Shown here piece by piece: positions 35,148 to 44,108 of a stretch of DNA of 64,000 nucleotides. This DNA comes from Candidatus Woesearchaeota archaeon. Lineage in GTDB: Archaea; Nanobdellota; Nanobdellia; Woesearchaeales; ARS49. Where the stretch lies: contig JAWAAW010000002.1 of NCBI GenBank assembly GCA_038884975.1, positions 18,829 through 82,828 of the forward strand. The letters run 5' to 3'. Below the pieces are notes generated by a model. That model worked only from the letters and a program-made list of their open reading frames with translations, searched no databases and was not told the DNA's origin. How positions within the stretch are numbered: the first letter of the stretch is position 1; every line of letters starts with the position of its first letter. A program made the position numbers and the translations under genes.

Positions 35148-35389
35148 GACTCAGGGGTCTTGTCAGAGGCAAGGAGTTCAAGCATTATTCCGTCTGCATT
35201 ATGGACTGTGGCGTTGTTGTAAAAAACACGCTTTCTTTCGTGCTGTTGGACAATTGCTTCTTGTTGTTTTTTGTTTTCTGCCCTGCCCGGAATAAGCAAG
35301 TATCCTGCTGATGCAAGAGTTGCAAGCCCCAGAGCTCCAATAGCCGTTATGAAGAAATTGTTGCTGAACTTGTAAGCTGCCATAAGCAC
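35009..35389 (-). CDS. N-terminally anchored hypothetical protein, possibly the N-terminal part of a frameshifted gene
   Basis: 126 aa; TM FFITAIGALGLATLASAGYLLI; the last ~45 aa look non-protein-like (Gln/Ser-rich). Confidence 0.4.
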   Translation of the reverse strand: MLMAAYKFSNNFFITAIGALGLATLASAGYLLIPGRAENKKQQEAIVQQHERKRVFYNNATVHNADGIMLELLASDKTPESWSGINLQISPAKAENGRNTPLSAFQPQNSITSRHSLQKTAQQAQK

Positions 35390-35417
35390 TGCAACTTGTG
35401 GTTTTTTAAAAAACTGA

Positions 35418-35500
35418 TGCCCGGGGTCGGAGTCGAACCGACGAACCCCTGCGGGACCGGATCTTAAGTCCGGCGCGTTTGGCCACTTCGCTACCCGGGC
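35418..35500 (-). tRNA. tRNA-Leu (anticodon TAA), type II
   Basis: Minus strand: GCCCGGG/CCCGGGC acceptor, anticodon arm CCGGA-CTTAAGA-TCCGG, long variable arm, T arm GTCGG-TTCGACT-CCGAC, discriminator A. Confidence 0.9.
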
Positions 35501-35548
35501 GTATTGTATTTGTATTCAGCAGGTGTTTAAAAAATGTGCTGTCCAGAA

Positions 35549-35884
35549 TTACCTTAACTTTTTTCTTAGTTCTGCTAATTGCCTGTTTATTTCATCAAGA
35601 GAGTGTTGTTGTGCAGGGATTGTTTCTTGAAAGTTCTTTTCTTCTCCTTGTCTTGCAGGTCTTTTTTTGCCGCATATTATGAGAGCGACAATCAGCATGG
35701 TCATCAGTAGCCCTACTGCTGTGAGGAATGGCTTGAAGTCTCCTATGCCATTTGCAGCAAATGTTTGGTTTCCTGTGGCAAGCCCTGTTGGTGTGCTGAA
35801 CTTCATTACTGCGAGCGTTATCATGAAGAGCATCAAGAAAAGGGTCAGGTGGGTCCAGGTATGGAATCGTTCTGTCGGATTCAT
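35549..35884 (-). CDS. Small membrane protein (2 TM)
   Basis: 111 aa; two long hydrophobic segments, charged C-terminus. Confidence 0.5.
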   Translation of the reverse strand: MNPTERFHTWTHLTLFLMLFMITLAVMKFSTPTGLATGNQTFAANGIGDFKPFLTAVGLLMTMLIVALIICGKKRPARQGEEKNFQETIPAQQHSLDEINRQLAELRKKLR

Positions 35885-35915
35885 ATTCCTTGGCCTGTTT
35901 TTACTGGTATTTAAA

Positions 35916-37784
35916 TTATTGGGTTACGAGCACTTCAACATCCTTGCCAAAGATTTTCTTTAGGCTTTCAAAGACAGGTTCCTTGATGAATGCCTTTGGC
36001 GGTATTGCAATCTTTGCCAGTGCTTTTTCGTATTCTTCCCATGAGCTTGTCTCAAGCGGTCCAAGGGAGCCGTCCCTGTTGATTGTTGCTTTCTCAATGA
36101 TTTTTTCAGGCGCGTCAAGGTTCCTGATGACAAAGGCGACAGTGCCGAGGAGTGTTATTTCGCCGAACTTGTCGCCGTATTTTACCCTGACTTTTGTCTG
36201 CTCAAGCTCTCTTCCGCGCTTGCGCTGCAGGTACTCTACAAGGAATTTGATGAGTTCTGCTGAGTTCTTGCGGGTTTTTTCAAGGTCTGTCTTTGTGAGT
36301 TTTCCTGCATCGTATGCTTTTTTTGCGTCAAGGAATTCGTTTAGTAGTCTGAGGAATCTTGTAGGTATTTTTCCTGTTGATATGAGCTTGTCTTCAAATT
36401 TGCTGATTAATTCTTCCTCAAGCACTTTTTCTTCCCCTTCTGCCTTGAGCACGTCTCTTATTATTGTGAGAATTGTCTCGTGCAGATTGATTATCATTTC
36501 TTCTTCTTTTGTTTTTTCTATTTGGGCAAAGAGCTTTTTGAGGCGCTTCATGTATTTTTCAGAGTCCTCAAGCAATTTGTCAAGTTCTTTTCCAGTTACT
36601 TCTTTTTTTATGCCGTGCTCGATGTCTTTTCTTGTCTGGATGACGTTCTCAAGCATTTTCACGTATTCTTCTTCAAGGAGTTTCTCCTTCTTGACTAATA
36701 TCTCGCGGAGTACTTCGCAGGTTTCTTTTGGTGCTGGTGGTGGTATGCCGTAAAGCATCAAAGCGGCTTGTGTTGGGGTTAGTATGCTCCAGAAGAAGTC
36801 TTCTGTTGCTATGTCCTTGAACTTGAACTTTATGCGGTCCAGTCCCTGCTCGCCTGTGCTCATGTACATGTCGATTGCTTCTGGTGATGGCTTGATTTTG
36901 CCCATCTTGAGCAGTTGTTTCCAGGGCATGAATATTCCTCTGTCAAAGAATGGCACTCCATCTCTGAGGAAGGTGAACATGACCGGGTTTGCTTCCCTGA
37001 TTGCGTCCCAGAAGTCTGTGAGGATGTATGTTTGGATGTTGAGCTTGTTCCTTATTCCTGTAATGTCTCCTGCATCAAGACCCATGTTGATTATTATTGC
37101 GCGGAGCTTGTCCTTGAGTTCTGCCCTTGTCATTTTTTTGACGTCTGTGTCGTCTATGACGATGAAAACGTCTATGTCGCTTTCTTTTGTTGCCCTGCCT
37201 GTGACTATGCTTCCTGCAAGGACGTAAGCCACGATGTATTTCTCAAATTTCTTGAGGGCCATTGTTTTGTGTACTTCTGCAATCTTTATTGCGCCGAGCA
37301 TTCCTGTGTCATAGATAGGTGCTGACATTGCAATTAGTTGGAGCCAGTCGTATTTTGCGTCGTAGCAGTTTTGCCACAATTCCGTAATCAGGAGGGTTTG
37401 GGGGACTATTGACTGGTCTATTTCACGTGCGGTGGTGTCCATTATTGCCGTGAGTTTGTCCTTTAATTCCTGTTTTGACATTTTTGATGGTTCTGTGTCA
37501 TCGATGAGGACAAGGACGTGGTGCTTGTCTTTTATTTGCTCAAATCTTTTTTGTTCTTCTGCAAGAATTTCTGGAGGCAGTGTTGCTGGTGGGGCTTTTG
37601 GGGGTGGCATTAGTGCTATTCCCTTGATGTACTTGTCAAATTTTTCAATTATTGATTTCTGGAATTTTTCAAGCTTTGCTTTGAGTTGTGCAAGTTTTTC
37701 TTTTACTTCTGGTGGGAGGCTTGCGTCTTGTGGTGCTTCTTCTTTTTTTGATTCTTTTTGTTCTTTCTTGTCTTTTTTTGCCAT
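35916..37784 (-). CDS. Nucleotidyltransferase-domain protein (Pol-beta-like NTase), large multidomain
   Basis: Track ORF to 37865; ATG 37784 (MAKKDKKEQ) follows GGAGG and avoids overlap with the upstream gene. AGSIVTGRATKESDIDVFIVIDD is a GS...D.D NTase motif; an upstream degenerate copy VLVLIDDTEPSKMSKQELKDKL parallels VFIVIDDTDVKKMTRAELKDKL. Confidence 0.7.
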   Translation of the reverse strand: MAKKDKKEQKESKKEEAPQDASLPPEVKEKLAQLKAKLEKFQKSIIEKFDKYIKGIALMPPPKAPPATLPPEILAEEQKRFEQIKDKHHVLVLIDDTEPSKMSKQELKDKLTAIMDTTAREIDQSIVPQTLLITELWQNCYDAKYDWLQLIAMSAPIYDTGMLGAIKIAEVHKTMALKKFEKYIVAYVLAGSIVTGRATKESDIDVFIVIDDTDVKKMTRAELKDKLRAIIINMGLDAGDITGIRNKLNIQTYILTDFWDAIREANPVMFTFLRDGVPFFDRGIFMPWKQLLKMGKIKPSPEAIDMYMSTGEQGLDRIKFKFKDIATEDFFWSILTPTQAALMLYGIPPPAPKETCEVLREILVKKEKLLEEEYVKMLENVIQTRKDIEHGIKKEVTGKELDKLLEDSEKYMKRLKKLFAQIEKTKEEEMIINLHETILTIIRDVLKAEGEEKVLEEELISKFEDKLISTGKIPTRFLRLLNEFLDAKKAYDAGKLTKTDLEKTRKNSAELIKFLVEYLQRKRGRELEQTKVRVKYGDKFGEITLLGTVAFVIRNLDAPEKIIEKATINRDGSLGPLETSSWEEYEKALAKIAIPPKAFIKEPVFESLKKIFGKDVEVLVTQ

Positions 37785-37789
37785 AATTA

Positions 37790-38674
37790 TCATTCCTCCT
37801 GGATCATTATCGGTTGTTCTGTTATTGTGAGCATTCCTTTTGCCAGTTGCAGGAATGTTTCCCACGCGGTTGTTCCTGCCTTGATTATTCTTTGCACAAA
37901 GTCAAATGCTATGTTGTGGAGTCCGTTGCTTGCGGGATTTGGCAGTATGTTGCTTCCGATTCCTGCAATGTTGTTTTTTCTTATTGCATTCATCCATGCC
38001 AGTGAGAATGCGAATGCCTTTGCTTCTTCGTCATGGGCGTTTTTGAGAGTGTGAGTTAGCACGTGTCCTATTTCGTGGCCTATCGTGAGCATTAGCCTGT
38101 CCAGCTGGTCTGCTTTTGCAAATACCTCGCTTGTTCCTTTGCCATTTGCATTAAGGCTGAATCCCTGCACGCCCGGATGCCACTTTCCGAAGTATGCCTT
38201 GTGCGCCTTTTTGAGTTCTTTTTCGTTGAGCACGGTGATTATTATGTCGTTGGGCAGTTCTTCGCCTGTTGTTGCCTTGAATGCTTCCATGATGTATTCT
38301 TCTATTTCTGCTGCGTTGCCAACAAATCTTGCGGTGCTTCCCGGGATGAGGAATCTTTCTGCAGTGAAGTATTGTGGTGTGTTGAATGCGAGGTATGTTC
38401 CTCTTGCGGATTTTGGGATGTACGCATTGAAGCTGCCTAATGGCTTCTCAATTGAGGAATGTGCAACAATGCTGTCTATTGAGTTGTGCGCGTAGAACTT
38501 TAGGTCTGCATTCCAGCTGCTGCCATACGGCTCACTTGAGCTGTTGCCGTATGAAAATCCGCCTGAATAACTGAAGCCCTGTTTTTCTCCGCAGGAATAG
38601 AATGCCCTGCAATTAATTGGCGCTATGCTGTAATTCCCGCTTCCCCCTTCGCCGTAAGAGCTTCTGCCGTACAT
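37790..38674 (-). CDS. Putative zinc metallopeptidase (HExxH) with Gly/Ser/Tyr-rich N-terminus
   Basis: 294 aa; LTIGHEIGHVLTH; N-terminal low-complexity YGRSSYGEGGSGNYS...GFSYSGGFSYGNSSSEPYGSSW. Confidence 0.6.
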   Translation of the reverse strand: MYGRSSYGEGGSGNYSIAPINCRAFYSCGEKQGFSYSGGFSYGNSSSEPYGSSWNADLKFYAHNSIDSIVAHSSIEKPLGSFNAYIPKSARGTYLAFNTPQYFTAERFLIPGSTARFVGNAAEIEEYIMEAFKATTGEELPNDIIITVLNEKELKKAHKAYFGKWHPGVQGFSLNANGKGTSEVFAKADQLDRLMLTIGHEIGHVLTHTLKNAHDEEAKAFAFSLAWMNAIRKNNIAGIGSNILPNPASNGLHNIAFDFVQRIIKAGTTAWETFLQLAKGMLTITEQPIMIQEE

Positions 38675-38675
38675 T

Positions 38676-38894
38676 TTATTTTATCTTCTCTTCCAATGGT
38701 TTTTTTGCAGCTGCCTTTTTTGCTTCTGCCTCAAGGTCAACTCCAAGCTCTTTCAATGCTTTGACGTGCATCTGCATCAATTGCTCAACGATTGCGAGCA
38801 GTCTTCCGAGCTCCTGCCTTTCCTTTGCCAATGTCGTTAGGGCTCCTTTGTGGAAGCCAATCTGTTCTGGTGAGCTTTCTGTTTTCTTTGCCAT
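38676..38894 (-). CDS. Small helical / coiled-coil protein
   Basis: 72 aa; 1-nt gap to the downstream gene. Confidence 0.45.
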   Translation of the reverse strand: MAKKTESSPEQIGFHKGALTTLAKERQELGRLLAIVEQLMQMHVKALKELGVDLEAEAKKAAAKKPLEEKIK

Positions 38895-38986
38895 GATTAT
38901 CCTCCATGTATGACTAAAAAGTCACACTTTAGCATATTACGTGAATTAGGGATATAAAGCTATTGGGACAAAAAAGTCATATTTTA

Positions 38987-39481
38987 TTATTTTTCAAATA
39001 TTTTTCCTATTATGTTGCGGGCGTCCTTGTTGTTGAACAGGTATTCGCTTCCCTCCATAAGATAGACCTTGCTGATTTTTGCTTCCAGAATTGAGCCCCA
39101 GCACGGTTTGCATACCCGCCAGTCTCCCCAGAGGTAAATGTCTGCATTTTCTGTATCGTGCCCTGCTTCTTTTGCATGTCTTATTGCCTTTTGCTCGCTG
39201 TGGTTTTTTGGGTGGCATCCCTCGCAAGACTCATACCCTTGTCCTGTTGGTGTGTTGGGGCTTTTTCTTTTACATCCGTGCTTTTCGTGATATTCGCTGC
39301 CGTTTGCGCCCCTGCCGATTATTTCTCCGTCCCTAACAACAAATGATGCTGTTGGGTGCTCCTTGTCAAGCGACATTATCCTTGCATAGTTCTCAAGTTT
39401 TTTCATTAATTCGTGGTTTGCAGGAATGTAGAGGAGTGTCCTTCCTTCAGGAATGTAAGGATTTGCTATTTTGTCAGCCAA
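38987..39481 (-). CDS. Cytidine/deoxycytidylate deaminase family protein (dCMP deaminase-like)
   Basis: 164 aa; HSEQKAI (H[AS]E zinc/catalytic motif) and VCKPCWGSI (PCxxC). Confidence 0.7.
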   Translation of the reverse strand: MADKIANPYIPEGRTLLYIPANHELMKKLENYARIMSLDKEHPTASFVVRDGEIIGRGANGSEYHEKHGCKRKSPNTPTGQGYESCEGCHPKNHSEQKAIRHAKEAGHDTENADIYLWGDWRVCKPCWGSILEAKISKVYLMEGSEYLFNNKDARNIIGKIFEK

Positions 39482-39528
39482 ACTCGCTCACCTATGATTT
39501 GTTGCTTGGCAGGGGTTTATATGTGTTT

Positions 39529-40800
39529 TCAGAAGTCCTCCAGTGACTTTTGTGGTTTTTTTGGTTGCTCTGTGATTTTCGGTTTTGGAACTGGTGCTTT
39601 TTCGTCAAATATTGGGTGGCCGTATTCTCCGTCATAGCCCGGATGCCATTTTATTTGCTGTTTTCTGTTGCGCATTATCAGCTCAACGATTTTTGGCTCT
39701 GTTGCCTTGGATAGTTCTTCTTCTGTTGCGTCAAGTAAAATATTTAGTTCGTTGCCAAACTTTCCAATAAGGTCATAATATGCCTTGAATGTGTTTTTTG
39801 ACGCGACCGGGCTGCCGATCGCTGCTGAAATGAGTTCTGAGAGCGGAATGAGGTTTGTGTATTGTTTTGCGTTTGGCGCCTTGCTCCCTTCAGGTCTGTC
39901 TGCGAGTTGTTCAACGCGGTGAGCAACTCCGATTGTCAATTGCTGTCCGCATTTTGGGCAGGTTTTTTTGACGGCAAGGGCTTCTTTTGGACTCATTACT
40001 ATTCCGCAGTTTCTGTGGCCGTCAAAATGGTATTTTCCTTCCTCTGGGAAAAACTCTATTGTTCCTGCAAGTCCTTCTCCTGTGCGTATTGCTTTCAGGA
40101 TGTTCTTGTATGTTAGTTCTTTGACTTCAAATATTGTTGCTTCCCTGCCTATGCGCCATGGCCAGAATGAGTGGGTGTCAGAGAAAGAAACAAGGTTTGT
40201 GTTGTCAAGTTCTGAAAGGCGCCAGTTCATTGAGGGGTCGCTTGACAGCCCTGTTTCTATTGCGCGAATGTGTTTTGTCTGGTCGTGGAAGCAGTCCTTG
40301 AGGTGGTCGTATCCGCTTTTGTCGCCGAAAATCCCAAACCAAGGGGTCCATACGTGGGCAGGGATGATTTCTATTTCTTCGGATATTGAGCGCATCATTT
40401 CAACAAAGTCTGCAGAGCTTATGTTGAATATTGGTCTTCCGTCATAATCAAGCCTTCCTTTTTTGGCAAGCATTTCTGTTATTTGTTCAACAACTTCCCT
40501 TGATGGGGCCAAAACAACGTGGTGCACCCTTCTTCCTTTACCTTCATCTGTGTAAACCAGCGAGATTTCTGTCTGGTAAATGAACGGGTATCCTGTTTTT
40601 GTCTGGTACACGCCTGTTCCGGGAATTTCTGTGAGTTCCTGTTTTAGTTCAGGAGCCCATTGCGGGTGCTGGAAATCGCCTGTCCCTAACAAGCCAAGCC
40701 CTTTCAGCCTTGCGTACTTTTCAAGGTTTGCAATGTTTGTTTGTCTTGAGCATGCTCTTGAGAAGCGGCTATGAATGTGCAGGTCTGCAATGATTCGCAT
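39529..40800 (-). CDS. Endonuclease Q-like protein (PHP domain + zinc finger)
   Basis: 423 aa; MRIIADLHIHSRFSRA, LLGTGDFQHPQW, RVHHVVL, IPAHVWTPW, SFSDTHS, GKYHFDGHRNC, CPKCGQQLTIGVAHRV: colinear with Pyrococcus EndoQ as I remember it. Confidence 0.8.
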   Translation of the reverse strand: MRIIADLHIHSRFSRACSRQTNIANLEKYARLKGLGLLGTGDFQHPQWAPELKQELTEIPGTGVYQTKTGYPFIYQTEISLVYTDEGKGRRVHHVVLAPSREVVEQITEMLAKKGRLDYDGRPIFNISSADFVEMMRSISEEIEIIPAHVWTPWFGIFGDKSGYDHLKDCFHDQTKHIRAIETGLSSDPSMNWRLSELDNTNLVSFSDTHSFWPWRIGREATIFEVKELTYKNILKAIRTGEGLAGTIEFFPEEGKYHFDGHRNCGIVMSPKEALAVKKTCPKCGQQLTIGVAHRVEQLADRPEGSKAPNAKQYTNLIPLSELISAAIGSPVASKNTFKAYYDLIGKFGNELNILLDATEEELSKATEPKIVELIMRNRKQQIKWHPGYDGEYGHPIFDEKAPVPKPKITEQPKKPQKSLEDF

Positions 40801-40838
40801 ATTCTTTTGTCCTTTGGCGTGGTATTAAATACTTTTGT

Positions 40839-41795
40839 TTACTTGAAGTACTGTTGAAGATTGAGTTCTACTATAACAAAAACGATGTAAAAGAGTATCA
40901 GTGAGACTCCTTCTTTCCACGTGAGCTTTTCGCCGCTTTCAATGAATGTTGCGAACAGGAATGTTATTGCTATCATGAATGCAGCGCTTGTCACGAAGAG
41001 AAAGAATGAGTTTGTTATTGGCGTGATTAGTGCTGTTATTGCAAGGACCACTGTTGAGTTAACGACAACTGCTCCGACAAGGTCTCCGATGGCAAGCGGT
41101 GCATGCTTTGCCAGCACGGCCCTTGCGCTGAATGTTAGGTCAGGAAGCGAAGTGCCAATAGCCACAAAGAACAGGCCTATTATTATTGGTGGCATGCCAA
41201 GCATTGTTGCAAGTTCTGAGCCGTAATGCACAACCCATTTTGAACTCACGTATAAGCCGATTGCGCAAACAATGAATATGACAAAGGTCAGGAGCGCAGT
41301 CCAGTGACTTATATGGTCTTTGAACTTTTTTTCGTATTGGGCGTGCTTTGAGGTTACCATCTCATACATGTATATTGCAAATGCGCCGAGGAGGATGAGG
41401 CCGTCAAGTCTTGATAGTTCTTTTCCAAAATACATCAGCACCATCGGCAGGGCTGTGAGGAATACCATTCCGAAGACTTCTCTCGGGATTATTTTTCGCT
41501 CGATTCTTATTCCTCTTGCAAGAAGTATTGCTATTCCTGCAATAAGTGTCAGGTCAACTATGTTTGAGCCTATCACGTTGCCAAGTGATATTGTTGGTTT
41601 TCCTTGTATTGCAGAGCTTATGCCTACAAAAAGTTCTGGAAGTGATGTGCAGAATGCCATCATTATGAATGCAACTATGAACTCATTAATGCGTAGGAAT
41701 ATTGAGATTTTTGAGAGGCTTTTGACTAAAAGCCAGCCTGACAATACCAGTAGCAGGCACGCTCCAAGGAATAATGCTATTGTTGTTATCACCAT
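40839..41795 (-). CDS. Na+/Ca2+ exchanger family (CaCA) membrane transporter
   Basis: 318 aa; two alpha-repeats GTSLPELFVGISSA...GNVIGSNIVDL and GTSLPDLTFS...GDLVGAVVVNS. Confidence 0.85.
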   Translation of the reverse strand: MVITTIALFLGACLLLVLSGWLLVKSLSKISIFLRINEFIVAFIMMAFCTSLPELFVGISSAIQGKPTISLGNVIGSNIVDLTLIAGIAILLARGIRIERKIIPREVFGMVFLTALPMVLMYFGKELSRLDGLILLGAFAIYMYEMVTSKHAQYEKKFKDHISHWTALLTFVIFIVCAIGLYVSSKWVVHYGSELATMLGMPPIIIGLFFVAIGTSLPDLTFSARAVLAKHAPLAIGDLVGAVVVNSTVVLAITALITPITNSFFLFVTSAAFMIAITFLFATFIESGEKLTWKEGVSLILFYIVFVIVELNLQQYFK

Positions 41796-41854
41796 TTTTT
41801 TTAACGCTTTTGCAGAAAGAAGGTTATTTATACCTTTTGGTTTCTATCAGGGGC

Positions 41855-42379
41855 ATGGTGCGTTTAAGGTCAGGTGTTTTTGGGTTTTTTGTTGGCTGGA
41901 TTTCAAGACTGATTTATGTGTCTTCATTGGCTTCATTGATTCCTTTTGGTGCCATGATTTTTACTTCTGCGCCAGCAGAGATTCCTGTGGGGTTTGGTTA
42001 TTTTCCCTTGACTGCTTTGGGATTGCTTGGCGTTAGTGCATTAATTCTTTTTTGTTATCATCGGAATCTTGCGCGCACTTTTGCGTCTTTGGGTTTGATG
42101 ACTTTGATTCCCGGAATTGGGGCATTGGTTCTTATGCTTGTTAACAAGGACGTGGTTTTTGCTATTTTTGCCAGGTTTGTGTTTGGTTTTGGGAAAATTG
42201 AGCCTTATCTCAACTCTTACATTGAATCAGCAATTCCTAATACGTGGTTGTTCATTATTGCTTACGTTCTTTTGGGATTTTTGTTTTTGTATGTTGCTGT
42301 GAAAATTAAATACAGGTATGCCCTGGTTGGTTATTTCAGAAGAGTTTTTGGTTCGCGGGCAAGGATTTATAAGCAGTAG
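41855..42379 (+). CDS. Polytopic membrane protein, unknown family
   Basis: Track ORF 41774-42379; ATG 41855 lies 22 nt after TTTATAC (41827-41833). Confidence 0.55.
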   Translation: MVRLRSGVFGFFVGWISRLIYVSSLASLIPFGAMIFTSAPAEIPVGFGYFPLTALGLLGVSALILFCYHRNLARTFASLGLMTLIPGIGALVLMLVNKDVVFAIFARFVFGFGKIEPYLNSYIESAIPNTWLFIIAYVLLGFLFLYVAVKIKYRYALVGYFRRVFGSRARIYKQ

Positions 42380-43360
42380 TCACTTGTTATTTTTGTACCA
42401 TTCCCATGAATTTCTAAGCCCGTCTTCCAAACTAATTTTTGGGTGGTAATCAAGTGTTTTTCTTGCCTTGCTGATGTCTGCTTGTGAATAAGGCACGTCG
42501 CCCTTTCTGAGAGGCTCAAACTTGGGTTCTTCTGTAACGCCTGTTATTTTTGCAATCATTCTTGCAGCATCAATTATTTTTGTGGAATTGCCTGAACCAA
42601 TGTTTATGATGCTGCCGGGTTCAACATTCCTTGTAAGGGCCGCGATGATTGCGTCAACAACGTCCTCAACGTGCACGAAATCCCTTGTCTGGTTGCCGTC
42701 GCCATAAATGACGAATTGTTCTTTTTTTCTTGCGCGTTGGAAGCATTTTGCTATAAATCCGATGTATGGTGAGGCAGGGTCTTGGTCAGGTCCGTAAACA
42801 TTGAATAGGCGCAAAATTACTGTCTCAAGCCCGTGTTCTCGTGCGTACATCATTGCAATCTCATCAGCAGCAAGCTTGCTTATTGCGTATGGTGAAAGCG
42901 GGTTTGTTTTTGCGTCTTCTGTTATGGGAAGCCGTTTTGGGTTTCCGTAGACTGCTGCTGTTGAGGCAATGACAACCCTTTTGACGTTCTCTGCTTTTGC
43001 TGCTTCAAGCAGATAAATCATCTTGCCGTGGATTTCCTTGCAGTATTTTTGCGGGTCGCGCATTGATTCCTCAACAGAAATCGGTGCTGCAAGGTGGACG
43101 ATGGCATCAACAGGGGGGATTTGTGAATTGTCGTCAATGTTCTTGCGTTTTTTGAGCATTTTTAGGACTGTTCTGGTGTCCTTTACGTCCATTCGCCAAA
43201 CTTCAACTTTTTTGTCTTTTTCAATCTCTTTTTCGCGCCTTAATGATACCTCGCTTGCAGAATGATTGTCAATTGCATCAACATCGTGATTCTGGCTGCG
43301 TAGTTTTTTGATGATGTGGCTGCCTATAAAACCCGCACCCCCTGTAACCAAAACGTGCAT
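42380..43360 (-). CDS. NAD-dependent sugar epimerase/dehydratase (SDR, UDP-glucose 4-epimerase-like)
   Basis: Track ORF to 43429; ATG 43360 gives MHVLVTGGAGFIGSH; YAISKLAADE (YxxxK). Confidence 0.85.
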   Translation of the reverse strand: MHVLVTGGAGFIGSHIIKKLRSQNHDVDAIDNHSASEVSLRREKEIEKDKKVEVWRMDVKDTRTVLKMLKKRKNIDDNSQIPPVDAIVHLAAPISVEESMRDPQKYCKEIHGKMIYLLEAAKAENVKRVVIASTAAVYGNPKRLPITEDAKTNPLSPYAISKLAADEIAMMYAREHGLETVILRLFNVYGPDQDPASPYIGFIAKCFQRARKKEQFVIYGDGNQTRDFVHVEDVVDAIIAALTRNVEPGSIINIGSGNSTKIIDAARMIAKITGVTEEPKFEPLRKGDVPYSQADISKARKTLDYHPKISLEDGLRNSWEWYKNNK

Positions 43361-43433
43361 TTGGGTGCGTGATGTGTTGCTCTTAAAAAAATTTGCGCTT
43401 TCTTTATATAGACGCGCACACTTCAGCATTTTT

Positions 43434-44108
43434 ATGGTGGGGGAGCGATACAGTCATAGCCTTGACATTGGCGAGGAGCTTGAAAAGGAGAAGGCGGCAG
43501 AGGAACAGCAGGAAGAAAAGAAAGAGCAACCAGCTGAAGAAAAGCAACATCCCAAATCAATTCAGCAGGTTTTCGAGGAGCAAAAGCCTGCGCCTGAACC
43601 GAAAACCGCGCCTGAAGAGCCAGAACAAGAGCCTGCTGAACCGCAAGCATCTTCTAAAGAGACCTTACCTAATGAAGAACAACTTGAGGGGGCTTCGTCA
43701 GATCTTGCAGTAAATAAAACAGACCCTGTTGAGGAAGACATTAATGCAATAATAACAAAGGAAATGCCAGAACTGCCCCAGAAAAAGACAGTTTGGGCAA
43801 ACAGGTGGCTTCTTGGGGTTGTTTTTGTGGTGTTTGTTGCGGGGATTTTATTTGTTTGGTTGAAAAGTGTGCCTAAAAATGCAGAAGAGTCCTCACCACA
43901 ATTCCTTGAGCCTGTTTCGTTAGTTGTTTACAACATGACTGGTGCTGTTCAGGAGAGCATGCCTTTATCTGAGCCGGTAATTGTCAAGGAAAATGTGTCT
44001 GTGAGCGAACCAGTCCTTCCTTCAGGTAGGCAGTTGGACAAGGCAGAATCCGCTCCAGCATCGCTTGATGAGCTTCCTGATTTCTTGTCAGAACGGCTTA
44101 AGGACTAG
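43434..44108 (+). CDS. Acidic low-complexity protein with one TM segment
   Basis: ATG 43434 in track ORF 43308-44108; Glu/Lys/Pro-rich N-terminal half, TM WLLGVVFVVFVAGILFVWL. Confidence 0.5.
   Translation: MVGERYSHSLDIGEELEKEKAAEEQQEEKKEQPAEEKQHPKSIQQVFEEQKPAPEPKTAPEEPEQEPAEPQASSKETLPNEEQLEGASSDLAVNKTDPVEEDINAIITKEMPELPQKKTVWANRWLLGVVFVVFVAGILFVWLKSVPKNAEESSPQFLEPVSLVVYNMTGAVQESMPLSEPVIVKENVSVSEPVLPSGRQLDKAESAPASLDELPDFLSERLKD

Noticed and set aside
35890-36753. 287-aa plus-strand Ser-rich ORF.
   Set aside because: It is antisense to the nucleotidyltransferase gene. Its extreme Ser/Phe bias mirrors the Lys/Glu-rich sense strand.
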